DNA from: Macrostomum lignano
Lineage: Eukaryota
Direction: 5' to 3'
DNA length: 64,000 bases
Assembly: GCA_002269645.1 (NCBI GenBank)
Contig: NIVC01002857.1
Span: forward strand, 62,001-126,000
Positions within the stretch are counted from its first letter, which is position 1; the number at the start of each line of letters is the position of its first letter. The translations under genes were made by a program, and so were the position numbers. The notes under the pieces were generated by a model, which was not told the DNA's origin, made no database searches, and saw only the letters and a list, made by a program, of their open reading frames with translations. Positions 45,176 to 57,921 of this stretch are shown one piece after another.

Positions 45176-47179
45176 ACAAAAGCATCAGCAGAAGCGTTGT
45201 TTGTTACTTATAGTTTTCACTTTTGGTTGATTGATTTTTCTTTTGTCCACATTTTTGCTGAATTCAATTAAATTAGCCTAAAAAAGTCCATTCCTTACCA
45301 ATCAAGACAGAGCCATCAATACCGCGTGTTGAAGTGCAATTCTCCTCCCAGTTTTTGGTCCGATCAAAATTTAACTACGCTCGTATTAATGCAAAATTTG
45401 AACATCTTATATATATGCTACTTAGATTACTTAGTAGTATAAATGTACGATTTTTATTGCCATTTTTGTCAATAGCTGTTAGAAATGATTGTTGATTTTC
45501 TATTATCACCGTTTTTCCTACCTTTTCTCATGCCAGTAAATGAAATGACTTAAAAATAAAATACTATTACCTCAGCTTACTGCTTGTAAAATTGTTTGTT
45601 CCTATTGTCTTATTTATTGTCAAATTAACGAACAGAGGGAGATGGCCTTGCAGCTGTTTTTTTAGAATCGCCAGAAAACGCACACAATCGTTTTTAGGAA
45701 TTGAAATCAAGCCTGCTGGCTGCAACAGACTCTCAATTCCTTCACAAGCTTTTCTGTTGTATTTTTGCGACAGTTTTTCGCAGATCTCTCTAGATAGGCG
45801 AAAGCGAAACGCAAAAAAGGGCAAATCAAATTTTCTGACACAGAGATGGCAACACAAAAAACGAATTGGTTTTTGTTATAATATTCTTAACTCTTTCTAC
45901 TGTCACAATAAGCTGACGCGCGTCTCTCTCTACTTATAGTAAGCCGCTGCACTTGGGAGACAAAAAACACTTGGGGAGAGAAAATTGATGCATCGACAGT
46001 GTGGAACGCGTCCAATTCAAAGAATTTGTTAAAATTGGGTCAAGCAGCAGGTGCAGCAGTTGAAAGAAGAATTCTTAATTTTTTTAATTGCAGCGAAAAA
46101 AACAGGTTAGAACAAGCATTAATTTGTTAATCTGCTGGCGAGGGGTTATTATAATATTTTGACCGAAATTGAAAGCAGAAGCGCGAGAAATGAATGGAAG
46201 AGGCGCCCACAGCTCGGGGGGGGGGAATTATAAGGTAAAATTAAGTAACAACAACAGAGGCATAGCGGCGGACATGAAGCTGACATGAAACTGTACTGGC
46301 TGACATTGAACTTACTGACAATTAAAAACTGGCCATAAACCAAAGCAAAAAACCGTTGTTGCAAATTCAAAAAGAGAAAAACAGACAACAAAAAACGGCA
46401 TCAGTGATGAAAATGACAAAGCGAGCGCATATTATTAGTAATAGTATACATAAATTAAAACTAGAAGAAAATGCGCATTTTGCTACTTATCAGTAGAGCG
46501 CCAAAGTACACGACAACTATAATTTAGGAAATGAAGTTAAAGACAAAAGAAATTAAATTCCGTAGGGGATAATTCCATAGCGAATGTCTGAGTCCCATTT
46601 GAACAGCCGGGATAAAACAAAGGTGGGTTGGGAAGTGTAGCGAATTCTGGCACCGACAGACAACACAATCTAGATGACAAAACAGAATAAATAATCAATA
46701 TTGTAGCATTAATTTAAGCTACCACATTAAATATGACACAAAATAACGTCAATATTATAACAAATATACTAATGATAATTAATCGTTTCTTATGAATAAA
46801 AATGACAGCTTTTCAAATGGCGCACAGGCAATTAAATTAATTAGTAATTTCAACACGGGAAATGTGAAGTGAAACCCGCTTACCAAGATAGTTTTGTATT
46901 TGCTACACAGAGGTAGTAAAAATAAATATAGCCAATAAATAAATTACATTCCACTCCCTATCAACATTAAGGCTACTTAATACCTGGGGGGTAATTAACC
47001 AGGACACAATAAAATAATACATTTAAAGATAACAGTACACAGCACATACACAATCGGGCGTCATGCTAATTATAGAGAAATCACACACACACTTACGCAC
47101 ACAAATATATAGCAGAATCGGGTCAATGTTAGACAAAATATTCAACTTGTGTTAGATAAACAAAAGTATACATTTCAAA

Positions 47180-50100
47180 CTAGCCTTTGTTGCTGGCACC
47201 TTGTCGGACAATGTCGGCGACTGTTCGACCTTGATTGCCCCAGGCTGGCCGCGGCCGCTGGCTGGGTTTGTCAGACGCTGTCGGCGCAACCACAACCGGA
47301 TTGTTGGGATCGTTCACGGAGACTTCAACGCGTCTAACTGGACGAGCGGATGGAGCGGAGGCTGCTGTTGCAGTGGAGTCTGCGGCCGCTGCTGCTACCG
47401 TCGCCGGCTCCTGTGGAATTTGAATGGCAGTCAGTGAGGGCGATTCTTAGATTTGAAGGTCGATTCTAAACTGAGAAGGGCGATTCTTAGATTTGAAGGT
47501 CGATTCTAAACTGAGAAGGGCGATTCTTAGATTTGAAGGCCGATTCTAAACTGAGAACTGCCATTTTTTAGATTTGAAGGCCGATTCTAAACTGAGAACT
47601 GCCATTTTTTAGATTTGAAGGCCGATTCTAAACTGAGAAGGGCCATTCTTAGATTTGAAGGCCGATTCTAAACTGAGAAGGGCCATTCTTAGATTTGAAG
47701 GCCGATTCTAAACTGAGAAGGGCCATTCTTAGATTTGAAGGCCGATTTTTAACTGAGAAGGGAATTCTTAGATTTGAAGGCCGATTCTAAACTGAGAAGG
47801 GCCATTCTTAGATTTGAAGGCCGATTCTAAACTGAGAAGGGCCATTCTTAGATTTGAAGGCCGATTCTAAACTGAGAAGGGCCATTCTTAGATTTTAAGG
47901 CCGATTCTAAACTGAGAAGGGCCATTATTAGATTTGAAGGCCGATTCTAAACTGAGAAGGGCCATTCTTAGATTTGAAAGCCGATTCTAAACTGAGAACT
48001 GCCATTTTTTAGATTTGAAGGCCGATTCTAAACTGAGAAGGGCCATTCTTAGATTTGAAGGCCGATTCTAAACTGAGAAGGGCCATTCTTAGATTTGAAG
48101 GCCGATTCTAAACTGAGAAGGGCCATTATTAGATTTGAAGGCCGATTCTAAACTGAGAAGGGCCATTCTTAGATTTGAAGGCCGATTCTAAACTGAGAAG
48201 GGCCATTCTTAGATTTGAAGGCCGATTCTAAACTGAGAAGGGCCATTCTTAGATTTGAAGGCCGATTTTTAACTGAGAAGGGCCATTCTTAGATTTGAAG
48301 GCCGATTTTTAACTGAGAAGGGCCATTCTTAGATTTGAAGGCTGATTCTTAACTGAGAAAGGCGATTCTAAACTTAGAAGGGCCATTCTTAGATTTGAAG
48401 GCCGGTTTTTAAGCGGAAAGGGAGATTTTGGATGTGACCAATTCTGAAATGTAAAGAGCAACTCTTACGGGCAACGTTGGTGCTGATTCTAATAACGTCT
48501 GAAAAAGAACAAATTAAACACGTACCTGTTTAGCCTCGGCTTCAATCGCAACAGTCTGAGCTGCAGTCGGCTGGTCATCAGATTTCTTAGCAATGCTCAG
48601 CGGCTTGGACCAGGCGCTGACTGGAGGCTTAGGGGCGTCAGTGAACGTGCCACTATTGGGCGCTGGAGCGGCTGCAACTTGAGCGGCAGATGAAGCGCCC
48701 TGACTCGGCGTTGGGTGCTTCAGATGTTGCGGCTGCTGCTGCTGACGGGCCGCTGGGCCACTCGGTCGATTGGCGCCAGCAGCTGTGGTGGCTGATGAAG
48801 CTGATTGGGAAGCTGAGGGATCCGGTCGAAGGGGAAGCGTTAACAGTGGAGTAACGGATATCATAAATACTGGGCTGCAGCGCTTTTTAGAAATGCTAGG
48901 GGTTGTGCCGGTTCTTAGAAATGCTAGGGGTTATGCCGGTTCTTAGAAATGCTAGGGGTTGTGCCGGTTCTTAGAAATTCTAGAGGTTGTGCCGGTTCTT
49001 AGAAATGCTAGGGGTTGTGCCGGTTCTTAGAAATGCTAGGGTTGTGCCGGTTCTTAGAAATGCTAGGGGTTGTGCCGGTTCTTAGAAATGCTAGGGGTTG
49101 TGCCGGTTCTTAGAAATGCTAGGGGTTGTGCCGGTTCTTAGAAATGCTACGGGTTGTGCCGGCTCTTAGAAATGCTAGGGGTTGTGCCGGTTCTTAGAAA
49201 TGCTAGGGGTTGTGCCGGTTCTTAGAAATGCTAGGGTCGTGCCGGTTCTTAGAAATGCTAGGGTCGTGCCGGTTCTTAGAAATGCTAGGGGTTGTGCCGG
49301 TTCTTAGAAATGCTAGGGGTTGTGCCGGTTCTTAGAAATGCTAGGGTCGTGCCGGTTCTTAGAAATGCTAGGGTTGTGCCGGTTCTTAGAAATGCTAGAG
49401 GTTGTGCCGGTTCTTAGAAATGCTAGGGGTTGTGCCGGTTCTTAGAAATGCTAGGGGTTGTGCCGGTTCTTAGAAATGCTAGGGTTGTGCCGGTTCTTAG
49501 AAATGCTAGGGTTGTGCCGGTTCTTAGAAATGCTAGGGTCGTGCCGGTTCTTAGAAATGCTAGGGTCGTGCCGGTTCTTAGAAATGCTAGGGGTTGTGCC
49601 GGTTCTTAGAAATGCTACGGGTTGTGCCGGTTCTTAGAAATGCTAGGGGTTGTGGCGGTTCTTAGAAATGCTAGGGTCGTGCCGGTTCTTAGAAATGCTA
49701 GGGTCGTGCCGGTTCTTAGAAATGCTAGGGGTTGTGCCGGTTCTTAGAAATGCTAGGGTCGTGCCGGTTCTTAGAAATGCTAGGGTCGTGCCGGTTCTTT
49801 GAAATGCTAGGGGTTGTGCCGGTTCTTAGAAATGCTAGGGGTTGTGCCGGTTCTTAGAAATGCTAGGGGTTGTGCCGGTTCTTAGAAATGCTAGGGGTTG
49901 TGCCGGTTCTTAGAAATGCTAGGGGTTGTGCCGGTTCTTAGAAATGCTAGGGGTTGTGCCGGTTCTTAGAAATGCTAGGGGTTGTGCCGGTTCTTAGAAA
50001 TTCTATGCTTGTAAAAATAATTAATATAATTGATTACACCTGCCTTAATGGGCAGATGTGCAACCGAGAGCTCAGCCGCAGCTATTGCGTGGCGCATCTG

Positions 50101-53100
50101 AAGGCTGCGTACGGCTGTTCAGTCCAAGGACTGGGGGGTCGCCACACACACCCTCAATTACCCCAGCTAATGCTGGCACCCATTTTAGAGCTGGGTGAAC
50201 TGAAGCAATGCAGAGTTAAGTGTCTTGCTCAAGGATACAAATTGTTCTTCCGAGTGGGTCAAGAATTGAACCTCGACATTCAAGTCGTGACTCTGACACT
50301 CTAACCACTAGGCTAGGCTTGTCACAATTCTTAGAAATGCTGGGCTTGTCGCAATTCTTAGAAATGCTAGGCTTGTCGCAATTCTTAGAAAAGCTAGGCT
50401 TGTCGCAATTCTTAGAAATGCTGGGCTTGTCGCAATTCTTAGAAATGCTAGGCTTGTCGCAATTCTTAGAAATGCTAGGCTTGTCGCAATTCTTAGAAAA
50501 GCTAGGCTTGTCGCAATTCTTAGAAATGCTGGGCTTGTCGCAATTCTTAGAAATGCTGGGCTTGTCGCAATTCTTCAAAATGCGGGGTTGTGCTGATTCT
50601 TAGAATGGCTGCACGCGATAGGTCGATTCTTAAAAAGGCACGGTTTAGAATAAATCACAACTTTACCATTGCCAGTCGAATTAGCTGACTGCTGAGCAGA
50701 CGGCTGCTGCTGTTGCTTCTGCTTGCGAACTTCCCAGACGTTGACACTTGGCGGCTTCGCGTCGACCATCTTGGGCGGAGGCGGCGCCTGCGGTGGCTGC
50801 TGCTGTTTCTCCGAAGTTCCCGACGATGACGACTGTTGACGAACTTTTTTAGATCCGGGACTGTGACCTGCCGACGCTACTACTCCGGCAGTAGTATTTG
50901 TGACATTTTCATTCTCGTCAACTCTACTGCTAGACGACGAAGCGTGCTGCCTTCTTGGACCCGCTCCACTCTCGCTGCCAGCTGTTGCCGCCTGCTGCTG
51001 TCGCTCCCGTTCCAGACGTTCTTCAATCCGACGCTCAACTGACGCCGTGTCAACCGGCTTGGCGGCGCCAAAAATTGCGGGTGCCGCGGCGGCCGGCGCT
51101 TGAGCGGCGGAGTCAGTTGATTCGGCTGGCGGCTTGCTGCGCGGAATCAGGACTAGCTTCTTGCGCTGCCTGGGCGGCGAGGGCGAACGTCGATTTCTGG
51201 GCGGCGAACGGCGATCCCTGGGCGGAGAACGGCGATCCCTGGGCGGAGAACGGCGATCTCTGGGCGAGGGAGATCGGCTACTCGGTGACGGAGATCGCCT
51301 TCTCGGCGAAGGAGATCGCCTTCTCGGCGACGGGGATCGCCTTCTCGGCGACGGGGATCGCCTTCTCGGTGACGGGGATCGCCCTCTCGGCGACGGCGAT
51401 CGCCTTCTCGGTGACGGGGATCGCCTTCTCGGTGACGGGGATCGCCTTCTCGGTGACGGGGATCGCCTTCTCGGTGACGGGGATCGCCCTCTCGGCGACG
51501 GCGATCGCCTTCTGGGTGACGGCGATCGGCTGTATCTGGGCGGCGGCGATCGTCGACGCTGATTTGACGGCGAAGGCGACCGGCCACGTTCACGGTCTGG
51601 CGACGGCGAACGTCGACGCCGATTCAACGGCGAAGGCGACCGACGCCACGGACCCGCAGGCGAGCGACGCCTGCCAGCGAATGCGGTACCGCCGCCGCCA
51701 GAACGAGGAGACGGCGATCGTCGCCTGGGGCCGCCACCGGATCGCCAATTTGTGTCGGCGTCGACACGTGACGGACTGGTTCCCTGTCGGCCCCAGCCAG
51801 GCCGGCGCTCCATGCCGCCGCCGACAGCGCCGCCGCCGCGACCTCCGCCTCCGACGCGCATCGGTGGGCCCTGAGGCTTGGCACCGGCCCGCCACGGCCC
51901 CTGCGGGCTGGGCGTTCGACGACGCTCCGGCCGCGACATGCCGCCGTCGCGAGAATCCCGACCGCCGCCCCGGCCGCCGGTGAAACCGTTGTTGGCCGGC
52001 GACGAAGGAGGCGGAGGTCTCGCACTTTTGCGCCAATTATTATCGGTCTCGGAGGCCATCTCAGCTTGTAGGCCGTCACGTCCTGGCCGACCCTTGCCGC
52101 CCGCCTGCTGGCCCTGGCCAGCCTGATTGTCAACGAAGTCGATTTTGATTCGCCTTGTACCGATCGCGCGATCGGACATCTGCAGAGCTTTGATCATGTC
52201 CTCGGCTGTGCGCAGGGTCACGTAGCCAAATCCGCGCAGACTGTTGCGTTCGTTGCGGAGCAGATCAATCTGAGGGTTCGGGTTCGGCACCGTGAAAGTT
52301 TTGAGGCTTTTAAAATCTCGGCATATTTGTTGGAAAAATGGCATCCCTAACTCCCAATCCACCATAGGGAAACTGGCATCCCAAACTCCCAATCCATCAT
52401 AGGGAAACTGGCATCCCAAACTCCCAATCCATCATAGGGAAACTGGGATCCCAAACTCCCAATCCACCATAGGGAAACTGGGATCCTAAACTCCCAATCC
52501 ACCATAGGGAAACTGGGATCCTAAACTCCCAATCCACCATAGGGAAACTGGGATCCTAAACTCCCAATCCACTATAGGGAAACTGGCATCCCAAACTCCC
52601 AATCCATCATAGGGAAACTGGCATCCCAAACTCCTAATCCACCATAGGGAAACTGGGATCCCAAACTCCCAATCCACCATAGGGAAACTGGGATTCCAAG
52701 CTCCCAATCCATAATGGGGAAACTGAGGACAAAAAGTCAGCTTCAAACGTAAAAAATGTAAAAAAAATTGTTTAATAGCATACCTCGACAACGTCCAGAT
52801 CCTTGAAGAACTTAGCAACATTCTCCTCGGATGTGTCGAATGGCAAACTGCCAACATAAACCTTAAACGGAGGCTGTTTAGGCACTTTGCTCAAATCCAA
52901 ATCTGGTTTAGTTGCCGCCTTAGGCGCAGCTGGCAAGTTTCTGCGCAAACTGAGCAAATCGTTCAGGCCAACAAATCCGGGGTCCTCTTCTTCCATCACT
53001 TCGCCCCAATCGGCGGCGGGCCTGGCCGGTTGTTGTTCGAGTTTGCCAACAACGCCGACATTCTCGCCAATAAAATCTGTTAGATGCATTTTAGTGCCTT

Positions 53101-53170
53101 TGTTCTGCTTTTTACCTTTCTTTCCGCCTCCAGTTGCTGGCTTGGCAGCCTCGGATGCTGAATCGGCCAT
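47180..53170 (-). CDS. EIF4B: Eukaryotic translation initiation factor 4B with an Arg/Ser/Pro repeat region, about 835-845 aa
   Basis: Exons 53170-52784, 52269-50667, 48812-48526, optional 48498-48469, and 47410-47180. Hallmarks: KKGKK..LTDF, LPAAPKAA..PPFKVYVGSLPFD, RGFGY RRM, RRIKID, KKLVLIPRS, IFGAAKPVDT..RRIEERLERE. An in-frame upstream ATG makes the exact start uncertain. Confidence 0.9.
47438..48415. repeat. Intronic minisatellite, 40-bp unit (GGCCATTCTTAGATTTGAAGGCCGATTCTAAACTGAGAAG)
   Basis: Tandem units in the last eIF4B intron. Confidence 0.97.
48885..50003. repeat. Intronic minisatellite, 27-28-bp unit (TTCTTAGAAATGCTAGGGGTTGTGCCGG)
   Basis: eIF4B intron 2, left of the SINE. Confidence 0.97.
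50012..50313 (-). mobile_element. tRNA-derived SINE, family B, with a CORE/V/Meta-type central domain, inserted in a minisatellite
   Basis: Minus strand: TAGCCTAGTGGTTAGAG (A box), GAGGTTCAATTC (B box), TCCTTGAGCAAGACACTTAAC...CACCCAGCTCTAAAATGGGT (conserved-domain-like), then an AT-rich tail. Possible imperfect TSD CTA(T/G)GCTTGT. Confidence 0.75.
50314..50605. repeat. Intronic minisatellite, 27-bp unit (TTCTTAGAAATGCTGGGCTTGTCGCAA)
   Basis: eIF4B intron 2, right of the SINE; related to the left array. Confidence 0.95.
52340..52725. repeat. Intronic minisatellite, 35-bp unit
   Basis: GGCATCCCAAACTCCCAATCCATCATAGGGAAACT repeated in eIF4B intron 1. Confidence 0.96.
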
Positions 53171-54991
53171 TGTGTGTTTATTCAGTTGGCCAATGAAGAA
53201 AATTTCATGCATTGTAATAAGAGCTCGACTCTTGATACTAACCATAGCCAACTTTGCTTAACCTGTAGCATTAACAATAATATAAAGTGGGAAAATTTAG
53301 CTAACTAAACAAGTCCAAACATTTTTGGTAAGCAAGTTAACAAGAATTAATTGCAGCAGTTATTTATACACTGATCAATCAAAAAAATAATAAAAATATT
53401 AAAGATCTTAAAAAACACAATAAGAATCAATACTTTTAAAATTCTCCCAATTTTATTGTTGTATCTCATTGCTTCTAATGTGGTTTTTCTTCAAAAATCC
53501 AAACATAAATTAAATACTCATCATTTCTACTACAAAATACTTTATATAGCTCAAAAAAGCAACAAAGAAACAGGTTTAGAATTCATAAATTTTAAGGTAT
53601 ATAAATTTAAAATGTTTTTTTTCTTTCCATTTAAATAATAATAATTATACTTTTTGTAAAGCACCCAGTTATTTTTTCTATTAACATAAACAACAAAGAT
53701 CAAATTGTCCTTTTTAAAAGAGGTAAATATGTGTCTTTAAGACCTTAAGAGTAAAAATTAATATCAAAAAAATAAATTCCTTTTTGTCCTATGGCTAATT
53801 ATCATAAGCAAACTGTTTAGGTAGATTGTGTTATTTAATAATTAAAGCCATAACAATTTACTTTTTAATCTACTATTTATAGCGCTGTTCTTCAAATTTT
53901 TAATACAATATATAAAATTTCAGTTATATTTATTTAAATTTTTTAGCTAAAGTAGGCTATATGCCTTTGATAGGAGTTAGGCATCTAAGAAAAACTATGA
54001 TTTTAAGCATAATAAAAAGCCAATGATAGTTACAAAATATTTTAGACTAGTTTTCAAAAAAATATAATTTATGCTAGCATACCAAGATAAAACTGCATAG
54101 ATCTGCAACTGCCATGTTTGCTAGCCAACCTAGCCAATCTAATTATAGGGGTCAGAAGATAGGATCTCAATCTTGATCTTGATTATCAAGATCTTGGCAC
54201 TTTTCTTAATCTTAATTTGGTTTCAAGATCTCAAAAAAGTCAAAATTTGTAACAATGACTATTAAAATCTTTAAAATATATTGTCTAACTATTAGGCCTA
54301 ATTAGTCTATTTGGTAACATAGCTAAGGGGGAAACTGGAATATAGATTCCTAATCTTAATCAACTGCACTTGGGAAGAGTCAAGAGAGGTTAAGATTATA
54401 AGATAGATATACCAATTTCCTATCATTTCGTGTTTCTTAAGAATTAAAATGGAATGTGATATAATAAGATAAAATAGATTTTTTATATTATAATAATGTA
54501 GTATATAAATTATAATCATATAAGAAAATTTATAAATTATATAATATATGTTGGAACAAGAATCTTATCTAAATTAAATATTTGCCAATATTTAGCAAAA
54601 ACAAAAAATTTCCCAAAAATGTCTATAGTCCTAAGTATAGACTGTGCTTTTTTGCTTTTCACCCTGCATACAAGAGGGTTAGATCAAATTCACCAAGTAT
54701 ATGCCAATGGACCAGAGGGGAGGGGGTTAGACCATAGAAGGCAGCTACAAAGACTTTGAGTTTGATTCTATAAAACAATATCCAATGAAGTATTCAAATT
54801 TTAAATGAAAGATAATAGATAAACAATACTTATAAAAATGCTTATATATTGTAGTGACCTAAATAATAATATACTTGGTATTTATAAATATATTACTTTA
54901 TAGTAATAAAAACATTTTATTATTATAGAATAATCATTTTAAAAGTATCACAATGTTTTCAAAGGCCTAAAAAATTCACGTGAGACATAGC

Positions 54992-55182
54992 CATACATGC
55001 GCAACTGCTGGCCGACCTGGCCGATCTGGCCACCGTAAATTGTGGTGGACCAGCGGTAAGTCCTGCCGTTTATCCAAAATTGCGTTAATGTTGCTCTAGG
55101 ATTTTTTTCACAGGTAAGTTGCATTTTTGGTCAAAAAGTAAGTTGCGTGGCCAGTGTAAATCAGGGGGGTTGCGCATGTATG
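54992..55182. mobile_element. 191-bp MITE with 14-bp TIRs and an 8-bp TSD (hAT-like)
   Basis: TIR CATACATGCGCAAC / GTTGCGCATGTATG; TSD GACATAGC at 54984-54991 and 55183-55190. Confidence 0.8.
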
Positions 55183-56494
55183 GACATAGCTATAATGGCA
55201 AGTTCATAGCTTTAATAATGGTAAAACACCAAAAAACTTTAATTGTAGCACTGTTTGTGCAAAGCATACTAAAAAAACTAAGGCATCTTTGGGAGGAAAA
55301 GGTGTTGAAAAATTTATACCAAAAGGTTATTCAGTTTTCACAAGCAAAGTTTTTAAGATAGGCTTTTGTACAAAAAGTATTTTTATTTTAAACAAATTTA
55401 AATTTAAATTTACAAAAAAATGACACAAAATTTATATTTTTAATAATTACTTTTTTACTAATTTTATTTATTGTTAATTTTTTAAAAGCAGTTTATCATT
55501 AACTTTTTAGACTATACAAATTTACCTTTATTTTATAAAAAACTTTAATTTACATTACAATTTACATTATGGAATGGCTATATGACAAAATGGCCACACT
55601 GTAAAAAAGGCCATACAAAATAAAATGTTAGAGATATCTATCACATTTTGTACTGTTAGGACAAAAGATGTAATAATCTGTAATAGAAGTGCAAAATATC
55701 TTTATGGCAGTTAGTAATAGTTATCTCTGATATGAAATTTTGGCAAACTCCTAGTTTGCTGCGTTAAATTATTTTACAATGTATCTTCACATTTCAGCCT
55801 AAAACAGGTGACTCTACAATGGCTAGGCAACCTAGGGCACCCACAACAATTGTACCTGATGCCAATTTAAGGCCTGCTGATGAACTATGCAACCTGGATG
55901 TCACCATGCGCAAGCTGGTGCTGATGACATCAGACACGGCGGCGGCCATATGCTGGTTGGCCGTATATGGGCTGCTTTGAAACTCCATGCAACATGCAAC
56001 ATGCAACCATTGCCTAGAAGCTCTAGCCATGTGACTGCAGCGTCAAAAAGGAGCCAAATTCATCTATGGCTATGCCTGGGTATGCGCTACCTGCAATACC
56101 TACCTGCCATTTTAACTTTTAAAAGGTTTTAAGTGTATAAATAATTTAATGCAGCAAACTAGAAGTTTGCCAAAAAATTTTATTTGTTTTTTCATTTTTT
56201 TTTAAATTGTGCATTTGATGGTAAATTTAAGTTTTTAACAATAAAAATAATATTGCCCATATAAATTTCACAATATCTCAATGCATTCACTTCTTTTGCA
56301 TTTTGATGCAAATTGGTGCAAGTAGGCCTACCAAATCTAAAATTAATTAACAACATAAAGTAGGCTACACTCAATAACATAGGCCTAGCACTGATATATT
56401 ATTATAAGAATGATAACAGTTTAGAATATTCGTAGTAGAGGCTATGCTTATCATACAATATTAAGAGTAGAATGGGAGTACAATGTTTGCTCAC

Positions 56495-56770
56495 AGGAAG
56501 TTTGCTTGCCAAACTTTGCTTGCAGGAATTTTGCTTGCCAAACTTTGCTTGCCGAACTTTGCTTGCCGAAGTTTGCTTGCGGAATTTTGCCTGCCGAACT
56601 TTGCTTGCTGAACTTTGCTTGCCAAACTTTGCTTGCCGAACTTTGCTTGCCGAACTTTGCTTGCCAAACTTTGCTTGTAGGAAATTTGCTTGCAGGAACT
56701 TTGCCTGCCGAACTTTGCTTGCCGAGCTTTGCTTGTAGGAATTTTGCTTGCCAAACTTTGCTTGTGAAAT
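56495..56770. repeat. 14-bp tandem repeat (CAAACTTTGCTTGC)
   Basis: Direct reading; an inverted partner lies at 58080-58195. Confidence 0.92.
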
Positions 56771-57132
56771 TTTGATGTCTGCTTTCTAGAAATTCGCAAT
56801 CACACAATCGCAAGGTTTTAACTTGCAGAATTATTTTCTTGTTTGCTTGCTTGTTTTGATTGCTTGTAAAGTTGGTCAGTCAATTATTACTTACTACAGA
56901 TGCTTTGCAAGTGGATTCTTATCAGGGTCAACGTAAACTGACTTGACACTAAGCTTTCAAACTAGGCTTATAGAGTTTCATTCTAAGAATGTAGTATATA
57001 GAATGCTTAGAGATTTAGTATAGGTAGATAGGGATTGGTAACAGTAAAAATCTTTGTAGTTCCTGATTTCAGCACGATTGAGCAGGTATGATAATTGCAG
57101 TGATGCTAATGTATAATAATGCATATACTAAT

Positions 57133-57921
57133 GGCTCATTCCATATAAGATGGACATATTTGGAAAATAGAAAAAAGTCAATATTTTTGCTTGCCACTGC
57201 CTGATTAGCCAATTTTTTTACCAAATGTTTTTTATGTGTAACATCTATAATCTAAGAATAAATGAATGATAAAATGTTAGATTAGTATGTTATCAAGTGG
57301 CAAAAGGTAATTTTTGTAAAAAATTGGACAGTTTTTTAAGCAAAAGACATCATTAAGTTTGTGAACCTTTTAAAAACAAATAGAAAGCTTTGGAAGGTTG
57401 AAACAAACTATAGATAAAAGTATAGTACTTGCATCATCAGATAAAAGTATTGATGAACAAATAATCAATTATATTTTTAATATATTGGTACCTCTAAGTT
57501 ACTGAATTGACAGAACAAAATATGTTACGACCAGAATGTTACGACCATAAGGCTGCCTTTTCTTTTGTATCTTTGTTGCCTTTTTGAGTTTATATATTCT
57601 ACAAAAAGAGTATGATTTCTGAAGATGTTCTTAGTCGAATTTTAAAAAATTTATTGCAAAATATCAAAAATGAAAAATGTTATAAGACTTTTACCTTTTA
57701 GTTTCTATCTGTCAAAAATCCTGTCGTTATGACCAGAAGTGCCATTCAAGGTTTAATAGCATCTATATTAATGATGATATCTACATGAAACTCTATAAAA
57801 ATATTCTTGACAAAAAAATCTTTCATTTAAAATATTGGTTTAGTGTATTCTATTATTAGATTTCATTTTATAAGTAAAAAATAGCCTGTCATGTTACGAC
57901 CATAATTATATGGAATTGCCC
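57133..57921. mobile_element. Non-autonomous Sola-family element (789 bp)
   Basis: TIRs GGCTCATTCCATATAA and (reverse complement) GGGCAATTCCATATAA, close to the 27275 element's TIR; 4-bp TSD TAAT; internal GTTACGACC motifs. Confidence 0.75.

Noticed and set aside
50955-52133. Several long GC-rich ORFs overlapping eIF4B exon 2 (for example the 342-aa ORF and the GDGDRLL repeat)
   Set aside because: These are alternative-frame or antisense shadows of the 21-bp coding repeat; only the minus-strand RRM frame has family motifs.
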